DNA from: Tubiluchus corallicola
Taxonomy: Eukaryota > Animalia > Priapulida
NCBI GenBank assembly: GCA_030141605.1
Contig: JAQGDQ010000558.1
Location: 62,001-126,000, forward strand
Length of the DNA: 64,000 nucleotides
Direction: 5' to 3'
The notes under the pieces were generated by a model. It was not told where the DNA came from. It was given only the letters and a program-made list of their open reading frames with translations, and ran no database searches. Made by a program: the position numbers and the translations under genes. The stretch's first letter is position 1; each line of letters starts with the position of its first letter. Below are positions 12,720-64,000 of the stretch, in pieces.

Positions 12720-14194
12720 TAACTACATTGTGCTAACTGGTAATGCAGAACGTTATACAGATGCATAACATTAAGAAATGAATGATTCTGCCAAAGTTGA
12801 TGGCAGTTCTGTGATTGTTGACTGGTTTAGTACTGCTAACGCGGAAAGTACAACTGAAAGCAAAAACAAGAACCACCAGTCTGTGCAAGCAGATAGATCT
12901 GTACCATCTCAAGTGTTCAGTGAGAATGGAAAAGTAAAAATACAATGTATGTTATAATGTCATTACTGTCAAGATCTGCAAGCAAGCCCAACATGCAAAG
13001 AATTTGTCTGCTTCTTGGGCTACATTTTGTAGGTTCTTTTAAAAATGCTGGAAATCTTAGCGTTTGATAATTTGTCTCCACAGTGAACAAGCAATGAACT
13101 CTTGGACACCTGTACAGTAGACAGACAAGACATGTCAAGGTTAAAGCTTACAATTTATCTGCATACATGATAAATCAATGACAGACTATATTACGAATGT
13201 AACTGTGTTTGCTGATTTGTTTAGATGAATTACTGAGCAATGAAAAATGGGGTCGAATGTGTATTCTAGTCAGTGTGTTTTCTGGAATGCAATTCGTTTT
13301 TATAAATTAATGTGGTAATGTAAACAGTTCCGTGTTTTAAATTATTTTCCATCTGGAAACTATGTTTCCAAGTAGGAAAATTTATTTGTAAAGTAGCAAC
13401 ATTGGCGTAATCACAAAAAGTTAATGTAACACAGTTGTTTCTAGATCCTAAATATGCCTCTAATTTGAAGCCCTTACTTCTGGCATGTTTTGTTATTAAT
13501 TTTTTAAAACACCCCTATTATTGACATTTCGAAACTTCAGTAATTCTAGCTAAAAGTTCTGTAAAACCTGCAGTTATGGGTGGAATCTACATTCTTTAAA
13601 TTTTTGAAACAAATTAAACTTAACTAAAAGCAGATGATGTGAAAAAGTCGAGACTCAGACTGGTTTTGAAATTTGAAGATTGTTTTTAATTGCAAGTTGT
13701 GTTGTGGTAGCATTGTGAAATTTAGCTACTACCTTATATTCAAAAGTATAAGAAATTAATAGAAGCCCAAAGTAAGTCAAACGTGGGCCCTATTTTGTAG
13801 TAAACACATTGAAATACTTCATAATTATGAGTTCACTTTCTTATGAAATGGAGTTTTAAATGTTCTAATTACACCGAAACACTATAAATAGCATTTTTCA
13901 TTAATTTTGTACAATAAATTTGTGCTGATTGTCATGATATAATTTTGTTTGCTTTTTTGTAAAAGAGCATTTAAAGCACTTGTGGATATATTTTTAGAAG
14001 CTAAACTAAAAATACAGTACTGTATTATGTAGGCATACACCTTAATACTATTTCACATTTACCATAATATATGTAAATACAAGTGTAACAAAGCATGTTC
14101 AGCTTTTTTCCACGTAATACATGTACAACTTACTGCACAATAACATTTCTAGTGCATCATTTATGTGCTTAATATTTTGCCTTACAAAAGCAAA

Positions 14195-14222
14195 GTAAGT
14201 TGACAGCCAATTTTTTTGATAG
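14195..14222 (+). promoter_or_regulatory. Candidate splice acceptor 25 nt upstream of the NAGK ATG
   Basis: TTGAC...AATTTTTTTTGATAG|GCAC. Confidence 0.6.
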
Positions 14223-14247
14223 GCACTATCGAATTTCTGCTTCAAAG

Positions 14248-15285
14248 ATGTCTTCCAAATCAAATTCAAGTGGAGAAAATTTCTATGCTGGAATAGAAGG
14301 TGGAGGAACAGCATCAAGAGCTGTTTTGGTTGATCAGCAGGGCAATATTGTTGCCTCGTGTGAAGGCGAATCTACCAATCACTGGCTTGTTGGGGCTGAC
14401 ATTTGCAAAGTTCGTATAGAAAAGATGGTGAGAACGTTGAAGGATGATGCTGGTGTTCCTGTAAATGTTCCACTAAAATCAGTGGGACTTGCACTAAGTG
14501 GTGGAGAAGTAGGATTAGACGTTAGCGATCTTGTAGCTCGCAATCCAAACTTGAGCGAATCGTATTACTTGTTCAACGACTCAGAAGGGTCGGTTTATAC
14601 GGCTTCGGGTTCTGGAGGGGTCGTCATCATAGCAGGAACTGGCACAAACTGTCGTCTCATCAAGCCAGACGGCAGTCATCATAATTGCGGCGGGTGGGGA
14701 GCATTATTGGGCGACGAAGGATCGGCATACTGGATAACAATCAAGGCTATTAAATATGTATTTGATGCAGAGGACAATTTTAAAGCTCCTCCAGCAGATA
14801 TCACCGCTGTGAAATCTGCAATTTTTCAATATTTTGATATGTCTGATAGATGTGGCATACTTCCTCACCTGTACCGTTCGTACGATAAATCTAAAATTGC
14901 ATCATTTTGCAAAGTTCTCTCTCAGCTTGCTCGGGATACACAAGATCCATTAAGTCTGCACATATTTAAAGAAGCCGGATCCATGTTAGGGCGTCATGTG
15001 AGGGCACTAGCACCCCATGTGGATAGCAGCATGTTAATGCAAGATACTGGTTTACAAGTAGTTTGCGTGGGCGGCGTGTGGAGAAGTTGGGACCTGCTAC
15101 AAGACGGATTTATCTCGGGGCTCTTTCCCAAGGGGGAAAAACATATAATCCAGGAAGTCACTCTTGTGCAGTTGACATGTTCTTCAGCTGTGGGAGCTGC
15201 ATTCCTTGGAGCCAAACAGCTAGGATATCAGCTTCCTATAGACTTTGCCTCAAACGTGAACAAATTTTTTCATCATAAGCACTAA
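14248..15285 (+). CDS. NAGK: N-acetyl-D-glucosamine kinase, single coding exon (true start is the ATG at 14248, not the TTG at 14200)
   Basis: Intact ORF with FYAGIEGGGT, STNHWLVG, GGVVIIAGTGTNCRLI, CGGWGALLGDEGSAYWI and VVCVGGVWRSWDLL. Confidence 0.95.
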   Translation: MSSKSNSSGENFYAGIEGGGTASRAVLVDQQGNIVASCEGESTNHWLVGADICKVRIEKMVRTLKDDAGVPVNVPLKSVGLALSGGEVGLDVSDLVARNPNLSESYYLFNDSEGSVYTASGSGGVVIIAGTGTNCRLIKPDGSHHNCGGWGALLGDEGSAYWITIKAIKYVFDAEDNFKAPPADITAVKSAIFQYFDMSDRCGILPHLYRSYDKSKIASFCKVLSQLARDTQDPLSLHIFKEAGSMLGRHVRALAPHVDSSMLMQDTGLQVVCVGGVWRSWDLLQDGFISGLFPKGEKHIIQEVTLVQLTCSSAVGAAFLGAKQLGYQLPIDFASNVNKFFHHKH

Positions 15286-15388
15286 GTTTTTTAAAAATTA
15301 TTATTATTATTGGTGATTACTTGTTGATCTCGTGTGATGATACAAGCGCGTGCTGAAGTGTTCGCTATACTAAGAACTGTGGATATAT

Positions 15389-17045
15389 ATTTGGGACCAA
15401 TTAATACTGTAATTAATACCAGTCAATATTTGGGACCAGTTAATACTGTGATTAATACCAGTTAATATTTGGGACCAGGTAATACTGTGATTAATACCAG
15501 TTAATATTTGGGACCAGTTAATACTGTGATTAATACCAGTTAATACTGTGATTAATACCAGTTAATATTTGGGACCAGTTAATACTGTGATTAATACCAG
15601 TTAATACTTGGGACCAGTTAATACTGTGATTAATACCAGTTAATATTTGGGACCAGTTAATACTGTGATTAATACCAGTTAATATTTGGGACCAGGTAAT
15701 ACTGTGATTAATACCAGTTAATATTTGGGTCCAGGTAATACTGTGATTAATACCAGTTAAAATTTGGGTCCAGGTAATACTGTGATTAATACCAGCTAAT
15801 ATTTGGGTCCAGGTAATACTGTGATTAATACCAGTTAATACTTGGGACCAGTTAATACTGTGATTAATACCAGTTAATACTTGGGACCAGTTAATACTGT
15901 GATTAATACCAGTTAATATTTGGGACCAGGTAATACTGTGATTAATACCAGTTAATATTTGGGACCAGTTAATACTGTGATTAATACCAGTTAAAATTTG
16001 GGTCCAGGTAATACTGTGATTAATACCAGCTAATATTTGGGTCCAGGTAATACTGTGATTAATACCAGTTAATATTTGGGACCAGTTAATACTGTGATTA
16101 ATACCAGTTAATACTGTGATTAATACCAGTTAATACTTGGGACCAGTTAATACTGTGATTAATACCAGTTAATATTTGGGACCAGGTAATACTGTGATTA
16201 ATACCAGTTAATATTTGGGTCCAGGTAATACTGTGAATAATAGCAGTTAATATTTGGGACCAGTTAATACTGTGATTAATACCAGTTAAAATTTGGGTCC
16301 AGGTAATACTGTGATTAATACCAGCTAATATTTGGGACCAGGTAATACTGTGATTAATACCAGTTAATATTTGGGTCCAGGTAATACTGTGATTAATACC
16401 AGTTAATATTTGGGTCCAGGTAATACTGTGAATAATACCAGTTAATATTTGGGTCCAGGTAATACTGTGATTAATACCAGTTAATATTTGGGACCAGTTA
16501 ATACTGTGATTAATACCAGTTAATACTGTGATTAATACCAGTTAATACTTGGGACCAGTTAATACTGTGATTAATACCAGTTAATATTTGGGACCAGTTA
16601 ATACTGTGATTAATACCAGTTAAAATTTGGGTCCAGGTAATACTGTGATTAATACCAGCTAATATTTGGGACCAGGTAATACTGTGATTAATACCAGTTA
16701 ATATTTGGGTCCAGGTAATACTGTGATTAATACCAGTTAATATTTGGGTCCAGGTAATACTGTGAATAATACCAGTTAATATTTGGGTCCAGGTAATACT
16801 GTGATTAATACCAGTTAATATTTGGGTCCAGGTAATACTGTGAATAATACCAGTTAATATTTGGGTCCAGGTAATACTGTGATTAATACCAGTTAATATT
16901 TGGGTCCAGGTAATACTGTGAATAATACCAGTTAATATTTGGGTCCAGGTAATACTGTGATTAATACCAGTTAATATTTGGGACCAGTTAATACTGTGAT
17001 TAATACCAGTTAATATTTGGGTCCAGGTAATAATGTGAATAATAG
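15389..17045. repeat. 39-bp minisatellite (~42 units) with occasional 22-bp sub-units
   Basis: Unit ATTTGGGACCAGTTAATACTGTGATTAATACCAGTTAAT. TTGGG recurs at 15391, 15430 and 15469. Confidence 0.97.
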
Positions 17046-18070
17046 CAATATTAAATTAAAGTGCGGGCCATTAATGGATGCCTCGAACTGCGTTGAATAG
17101 GAATTTCTTTCTTTTACACTTCTAAACAAAAGATGAAGAGAAAAGTCTTCTGTTCAAGATGCTGCACTGGAGAGATAAAAAGAAATGGTGGTTGTGATAT
17201 AGAAAAAAATTGATGTTGAAAAAAATTTACAATCAAAAAGATAGAGATTCTAGCCTTCAGGTTGTTAACAGGGTGATTGCTATTCAAGAGTAAATATAAC
17301 ACAGATATGTTAGTATTCTATGGACAAAATGGCTGATACATTGTTTAGTTGGTTTCTCAATGCAAGCCATTGTGAAAATTTTAACATTGGTTTTTACTAA
17401 GGCTTATAGTCTTTATATAATGTATTAATATTTCATTATGTTATAGGTATAATCACTGAGCTAACTCATGATTGTTGTCATCTATCATTCTAGTCTTGTC
17501 GTCTGGTTTTATCAATTCTGAAAAAAATTCCATTAAATTTCTGTTTTATTTTGTTTACTACTTTTACAATATGTGTTCCGTTATAATGTAAAGTTGTCAT
17601 TTAGCACACTGAACTACCTCAGTTATCACAATAATAGTGAGTTAATGTAATATTGTCAGACAACAAAACTCTTTCATTAGTTAAGTCTAAAACTCTAAAT
17701 AATATGGAATGTTTCTAAATATAAGTAAAAACAAAATAAAGTAAACAATACTCGGTTGTACGACAGATATTATTTTAGACATATTATAATCTTGTAAATA
17801 ATATAAGACTATAGAAGAGTATGTATAATGACTAGAATGATTACACAATTATTATTTTATCGCTCCAACATTATTTTTTACATAACATGATTATAAAATA
17901 CTGTATTGTAGTTTAAATTTACCATTAGTTGGCATCAGTGGCACACAGTCACTTATGTAATATCAATGGCCTGTTCAGTCTTGCTGTGAGTAGCAAATGA
18001 CAGGCGCAATTAATATTTTGCTGCTCAAAGTAATGGAGTTATTAAACATTGGAAACTACATGGTTTACAG

Positions 18071-18546
18071 CAGGGGTGTGCAAATTGTGCAGAGAATTTG
18101 TGCAGCCCGCAAAGAGATTTGTCAACCTAATGAAAGTGCGGCCTGGGCGATTGATTGAGTGTATCCAACTGAAGTCCGTGCCACGATTCCAAAGATAGTG
18201 CGGGTAGTTTTTTCTACTAGATCGGATGCCATTAACCCTTACAAAACGGTTGAAGCTTAATGTCACTGTACTAAATAGACTGTGTGATACACATTACTAA
18301 TATGCATTGCAATGAAATTACCACTATCTGTCCTGAAAGTAGAAATATATGGTTTGTAATATAAATTTTAATAACCTCTCAAATAGTTTCTTGAGTGTAG
18401 TAGTAATGATGTACGCAGGTCGGATGCAAAAAAAATCGTTATTAGGCCTTTCTGTACTGGGCTCCTTGAGCAAACTGCCTGTGGCCTGCAGGAATTGCTG
18501 GAAAGTTTAATGTGGGCCGGCTAGTCAGATAATTTGCACACCCCTG
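18071..18546. mobile_element. hAT MITE family A, copy 1
   Basis: TIR CAGGGGTGTGCAAA/TTTGCACACCCCTG. 8-bp TSD GTTTACAG/ATTTACAG. Confidence 0.92.
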
Positions 18547-19689
18547 ATTTACAGCAATGAACTTGCATATACTTGTAAAAGTCAATCAGATAGGATTTTT
18601 ACCCCTTGAGTTCAGGTATATCTACAGTCTTTGGTGCAAATTAAAAACGGGTCAGTGATCCAGTAAAAAACTTCGATTATCAGTACAAACAATGGAGAAA
18701 TCCAAAAATTTTGCACAACAATAGCTTACAGTTATGTACACTATATAGTCAGATAATTACATAACACGTATTTTTACTAATGACTAGGTCTAAACCAACA
18801 GTCAATATTACATTTCTTTTCTATGAATCACTAGGAGCACCTTCTTCAATAAACGTTACAAAAACTGCCCGACCTGAAGTTCAGATGCAGTTACCATAGC
18901 AACACTTTTGTTTTGGTAACCTTGGAAAGTAAATAAAATAAGTTACTATTACACAACGTGCATAAATTGCTAAACAGGAAGTAAAATGAAAACTTTTCTT
19001 GCTCTAGATAAGTGTATCTGACTTTTCAACATACACAATCACAGCAATAAACTAAAGTTTAGATTGAAAAACTCAACAAAGTCACAGGTACAAGAACAGT
19101 CACTGTTTAAAGATATATTATACTTTTTAATGGGCGTATGCAGATTGAACTTTAACAGCAAATAACAAGAAATGTGAGTAAGTAAAAAATTTATTTGTCT
19201 CTGAATGTTACAAAATAAGCATAAACAAAAGGTAAAAAATAAAATAAAGACGGAAAAGAGACGGGGTGGCGAAAAGACCAAGGGTCACCAAGTCAACCAC
19301 CCCTATCCAAACTGAAGAAAATTAAGTGGTCTGTCAAGTAAGGTATGTACAAATGAAAATAATCAGCAACTTAAGAAAAAAAAATAAAAAAAAATAAAAT
19401 AAAAATAAATGAGGCAACTGTGATTTATCAATTAGCAGTATTTCAATGCCAGACCATTCTTCTGCCTGAAACTGACAAATCAGGCAACGATATATACTTG
19501 TGACAAAGAGGGGAAATATGTAAGATTTCAAAGAAACTGGTAGATATTAAACTTTGATTAACACTGTTCATTGTGGCAGAAGGTGTCAGCTCCAGGTAAG
19601 TCGTGATCTTTTCAAAGTACAAGCATCAAAAAATATCTTAGGAGGCAGCAAAAAAATCTACATACTTTCATAAATATGAAATCAAACTA

Positions 19690-20326
19690 TAGGTTTTACA
19701 TGTCAAATGTAGACCTGCATTAACTCAAATGTAGATTTAGGTAGTTCAAATGTGTCTTGGCAACTCAAATGCAGATTTAGGTAATTCAAATGTGTCTTGG
19801 TAACTCAAATGTAGATTTAGGTAATTCAGATGTATCTTAGTAACTCAAATGTAGACTTTGGTAGTTCAAATGTGTTAACAATGGTTTTCCTGAAATCTTG
19901 AGCGTTTTTGGTAAGTCAAATGTAGACACGTGTCAAGTCAAATGTGACATTGGTATCTCAAATGTGGATAGGTGTTAAAGTTTAAGGATGTTAAATTTAA
20001 TCTCCTTTAATGTTAATTTAATAATTGCTGTGAAAATAAAAATTTTATAGGCCTACTACTAATAGATGCACTATCTTTGGTTTATCTTTTTCTAATTTGC
20101 ACTTAAATGAGTTAATTACCGATTTATTCAAAGTAACGCATCTACATTTGACTTACCTAAGTCACATTTCAGTTACCAAAACACATTCGAAATTCCTATG
20201 TCTACATTTGACTTACCTAAGTCACATTTGAGTTACCAAAACACATTCGAAATTCCTATGTTTACATTTGACTTACCTAAGTCACATTTGAACTTTCCTG
20301 TGTCTACATTTGACGTGTAAAACCTA
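19690..20326. mobile_element. Foldback-type MITE with long, internally repetitive inverted arms and TA flanks
   Basis: TA|TAGGTTTTACATGTCAAATGTAGAC ... GTCTACATTTGACGTGTAAAACCTA|TA. ~20-bp TCAAATGT sub-repeats on the left and ACATTTGA on the right. Confidence 0.85.
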
Positions 20327-20376
20327 TATAAGCCTATATTTAGCTTCTACTTCAAGCGACCATATTGAACTTGATG

Positions 20377-59513
<39,137 letters not shown>

Positions 59514-59626
59514 CTGTAACCACGACAACAAATACTCAACTCATTAAAAGTACTCAAATACGATGTCAGATGAAATAATAAAATAAACTTAGTTCACATA
59601 AATCTCTATATTAAAAGACAAAAACA

Positions 59627-61172
59627 AAATGAGTCAATGTGTTCTCGACCATACACGTTACAATGAGTCAATGTGTTCTCGACCATACACGTTACAATGA
59701 GTCAATTTGTTCTCGACCATATACGTTACAATGAGTCAATGTGTTCTCGACTATATACATTGCAATGAGTCAATGTGTTCTCGACTATATACGTCACAAT
59801 GAGTCAATGTGTTCTCGACTATATACGTTACAATGAGTCAATGTGTTCTCGACTATATACGTCACAATGAGTCAATTTGTTCTCGACTATATACGTTACA
59901 ATGAGTCAATGTGTTCTCGACTATATACGTTACAATGAGTCAATGTGATCTCGACCATATACGTTACAATGAGTCAATGTGTTCTCGACTATTTACGTTA
60001 CAATGAGGCAATGTGTTCTCGACTATGTACGTTACAATGAGTCAATGTGATCTCAACCATATACGTTACAATCAGTCAATGTGTTCTCGACTATGTACGT
60101 TACAATGAGGCAATGTGTTCTCGACCATACACGTTACAATGAGTCAATGTGTTCTCGACTATGTACGTTACAATGAGTCAATGTGATCTCGACCATATAC
60201 GTTACAATGAGTCAATGTGTTCTCGACTATGTACGTTACAATGAGGCAATGTGTTCTCGACTATGTACGTTACAATGAGGCAATGTGTTCTCGACCATAC
60301 ACGTTACAATGAGTCAATGTGTTCTCGACTATATACGTTACAATGAGTCAATGTGTTCTCGACTATATACGTCACAATGAGTCAATGTGTTCTCGACTAT
60401 GTACGTTACAATGAGTCAATGTGATCTCGACCATATACGTTACAATGAGTCAATGTGTTCTCGACTATATACGTCACAATGAGTCAATGTGTTCTCGACT
60501 ATATACGTCACAATGAGTCAATGTGATCTCGACTATGTACGTTACAATGAGTCAATGTGTTCTCGACTATGTACGTTACAATGAGTCAATGTGATCTCGA
60601 CCATATACGTTACAATGAGTCAATGTGTTCTCGACTATATACGTCACAATGAGTCAATGTGTTCTCGACTATATACGTCACAATGAGTCAATTTGTTCTC
60701 GACTATGTACGTTACAATGAGTCAATGTGATCTCGACTATGTACGTTACAATGAGTCAATGTGTTCTCGACTATGTACGTTACAATGAGTCAATGTGATC
60801 TTGACCATATACGTTACAATGAGTCAATGTGTTCTCGACTATATACGTCACAATGAGTCAATGTGTTCTCGACTACATACGTTACAATGAGTCAATTTGT
60901 TCTCGACTATATACGTTACAATGAGTCAATTTGTTCTCGACTATATACGTTACAATGAGTCAATTTGTTCTCGACCATACACGTTACAATGAGGCAATGT
61001 GTTCTCGACCATATACGTTACAATGAGTCAATTTGTTCTCGACCATACACGTTACAATGAGGCAATGTATTCTCGACCATACACGTCACAATGAGTCTAT
61101 GTGTTCTCGACTATATACGTTGCCATGAGTCTATGTGTTCTCGACTACATATGTTACAATGAGTCAATGTGT
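59627..61172. repeat. 34-bp minisatellite (~45 units)
   Basis: Unit AATGAGTCAATGTGTTCTCGACTATATACGTTAC. Confidence 0.97.
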
Positions 61173-61668
61173 TAATTGCAAGAATATTATTATTACAGAT
61201 TAGTTGTTAATCAATGCAAAACGTCATGCAACCTAAAAACAATCAATACGCACAACAGCAAACTAAAGAAAAAGTAACAGGTACAATAACATCAGTAAAG
61301 TCTTAAAGTCTTGGACAATATATTTGTAACTGCCCTGACTGAACGATGCTACCCTCCCTTTTAGGGAATGATGCACTGTTCCGCTGGTGGGGGACACATA
61401 CATGGCTGCCTGTTAAAACTTGGAGATATTATACGAGTTTACAAGATCGTTAGTTATTGCGATAATAGACTGTATTGCCAGATTATTATATTGCGGTTGA
61501 GTTTTGAAGTGATGCCGGATGTGTTTACATCGATAATTACGTAAATAAACCTTCCTGTAGTTAAACAGTAAGCGAGATTTGCGACGTTTTGATTATAATC
61601 TCCGTTGAACTCAATTATCGTTAGTGCAAAAAACAGCCACTGTGACTTTTGATTATAATCTCCGTTAA

Positions 61669-62127
61669 CCCTTTCAGTCCCAAATTATTATTTTAATAAG
61701 AAAAAAAAAATTGGCTTCTTACTTTTCTTCAGTATGTCCATCTTGTTTACACATAATAATTATTTTTTCTACCTGTGCCCGCGTGCTAAATATAGCCTGT
61801 ATCCCGCGGGATACATTGGGATTCAATGGAAGCATTAAATGTGTTTCATTTTGCAACTGCTGATAATTTATTAAAGTATTTAAGACATTTAGTATGCATG
61901 CTATGCTGATCTGTACAAAGTCGTCTCTAAAGTACTGTACCTTGTGCAGTTTTTTATGCTATGTAGATTTTCTAGTTTGCCATTCTATCACTATTTTTAG
62001 TCTATTGTTATTGGCTTAAATCAAAATAACTATTAACAGATCAAATAACTGTCAGTTTTAAAATTTTATTAATTTTAAGGGAAGAAAATATCCTCGTATT
62101 CCATGGGATACAACGGGTATGAAAGGG
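61669..62127. mobile_element. piggyBac-like MITE
   Basis: TTAA|CCCTTTCAGTCCC ... GGGTATGAAAGGG|TTAA. Confidence 0.85.
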
Positions 62128-64000
62128 TTAAATTGAATCACCGTAAGTGTGAAAAACAGCCGTGCGATGACAAAGCTGTTATAAATTTCTAAGTCCTTTA
62201 CAACACACTCAACAAACGACGTCAGTATTAAAGCAGTACCTAAAGTTAGCCATGCAAACAAAAAACATCAAGCTTAGTAGGTAAGCTACATTGAAGAGTG
62301 TACTCTTTGAAACTTATTAAACAGTGACTAAGTGTTGCAGTAACAAATATATATCTACTGACAATTACAAAACAAACAAACAACAACCATAAATGTCAGG
62401 CTTATAGTGATGTGTGATTAACCGATTAAGCAAATTAATCTGGATTATTACCATGTATAAACCAATGTAAATGTCAAATGAACAGTAATTAAATTAATCT
62501 AGATTAACCGAGAGCAAAACTATGTGTTGCACGCTGACTAAATGGCAGTGTTTTAGCACAAATAAATGGAATCTTTGCATTTCTTCTTCGTTTTTCTTGC
62601 CTAACTCAATGAGCACATATAGTGTTCTGTTATCAATTTATTTTAGAATGTTTTAACAATTTAAAAATCATCCATTAGGAAAATAAAATTGAAATCAATT
62701 AATGGATAATTAGCATCTGAACGAAGATTATTCCGTTCAGAGAAAATGACTCGCCCAGCTTATATCTTGAATTTAATGTACGTATGAAAACATTTCGGAC
62801 AACTGATTAATAATGGAGAATAAAGTAACGAGCAAAATTACACAACGCGTATTTCGTGGTCTGAGGTCGCTCTGGTATTCTTCATAGCCATTCCGACCCA
62901 GCCGAAGCTCATGTAGTCGGGCAATTAATTAATTAACATTAATTGCCTAATTAGCGATCGTACTAACATAAGTTTGGGTAACAGTTGTAAATTGGGAGTT
63001 TCAAATTGTTGGCTAATGACCAGAGGTATATTAACCAATAAGCTAACTAGTCTATAGCCTAGAGTGCCAACGTTTGAGGGCATCATATTTTAGAAAAAAT
63101 TCTTATTCTCCTCGGAAAATGTGTAACTTTCACATTCATGTAAAGGGCGCATTTTCTAACACACCACAGGCAGTTACTGAGCATGGCTTTATATAACTTC
63201 CACATAACGAACAGGTGCAGGGTAATACACAACAAGCAGTTGCGCAGTTTGCTTGATTGTAAGCATTATGCAAATACATGTAATTAATAACGACCACGTA
63301 GAAACTAGGTTAATAATGTTTCTAATTCACCACAAGTAATTGTTTAATCTTCTCCTTACATAACTAACCATAAATTCACAATAGACATTGGCGGTACAAC
63401 ATATCAGCCTAGGGCATCATAAAGTCTTGGATACGCCCCTGCTAGTGACACATGTAATGACATAGTCATAGAGCAGCCAACGAAAAACAGTGTGTCCCAA
63501 AAAAAATGGTTTGCAGGTAGGAAAATGGCAGACAGCGACGAAAGCTATGAAGAAATTTATATTTTATAGGCTACATTTCACTGTAATCATTGAAAGATGC
63601 GGCTAAAACACTAAAAACATCTACACAAATGATTGATCGTGATATTGAATTACAAAATTTAAAAATCTCCCATCATTACAGACTAATTCATTAACTACAA
63701 CAGAGACTGTAACAAGTCATATAAACACTTTTTAACCTATTTGATTTAAAGAAGAGACTTGTGCAATTAAACAGTCTGTAATTTGCCTCTAGTGTCCGCT
63801 TTTTGCTAAGTTTTCCAGTTTCATGAAAGGAAGACAGGGTGATTTTTCATGTACTACCCCATTTTCAAGTTCGATAAAAAGTATACATTTTAGCACAATT
63901 AATACTGCAAAAGCGTTTCTGATAGTTAAATAATAGATTAAAAACTTAATTAACGACGGGTGAACCCAACTATTGATGACATCACAAACTAACATAATTT

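Noticed and set aside
14200-14247. N-terminal extension of NAGK from the TTG start
   Set aside because: It spans the poly-T/AG acceptor. NAGK homology starts after the ATG at 14248.

Overview
AT-rich, repeat-dense genomic DNA from an invertebrate animal. The MRPS6 C-terminus and the NWD paralogue look arthropod/protostome-like (inference). The left part (6.5-15.3 kb) holds three co-oriented housekeeping genes: YIPF5, MRPS6 and NAGK. Their coding regions are intronless, and each has a splice-acceptor-like AG just upstream of the ATG. From 59.5 kb to 20.4 kb the minus strand carries the last 17 coding exons of a NACHT/WD40-repeat (NWD1/QUI-1-like) gene; I checked exon phases by hand. The predicted protein ends in a CaaX-like CEVL. 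The rest is hAT, Tigger, Kolobok-like and piggyBac-like MITEs, solo LTRs, LINE 3' ends, a 5S-rRNA-headed SINE and large minisatellites. Best leads: (1) a possible retrogene operon, trans-spliced or sharing a leader exon; (2) a chimeric in-frame micro-exon built from the splice sites of two other exons; (3) an exon with no strong donor, flanked by satellites made of splice-site-like units; (4) a 5S SINE with a duplicated hairpin motif and a precisely headless copy. All calls were made by eye, and no searches were run.
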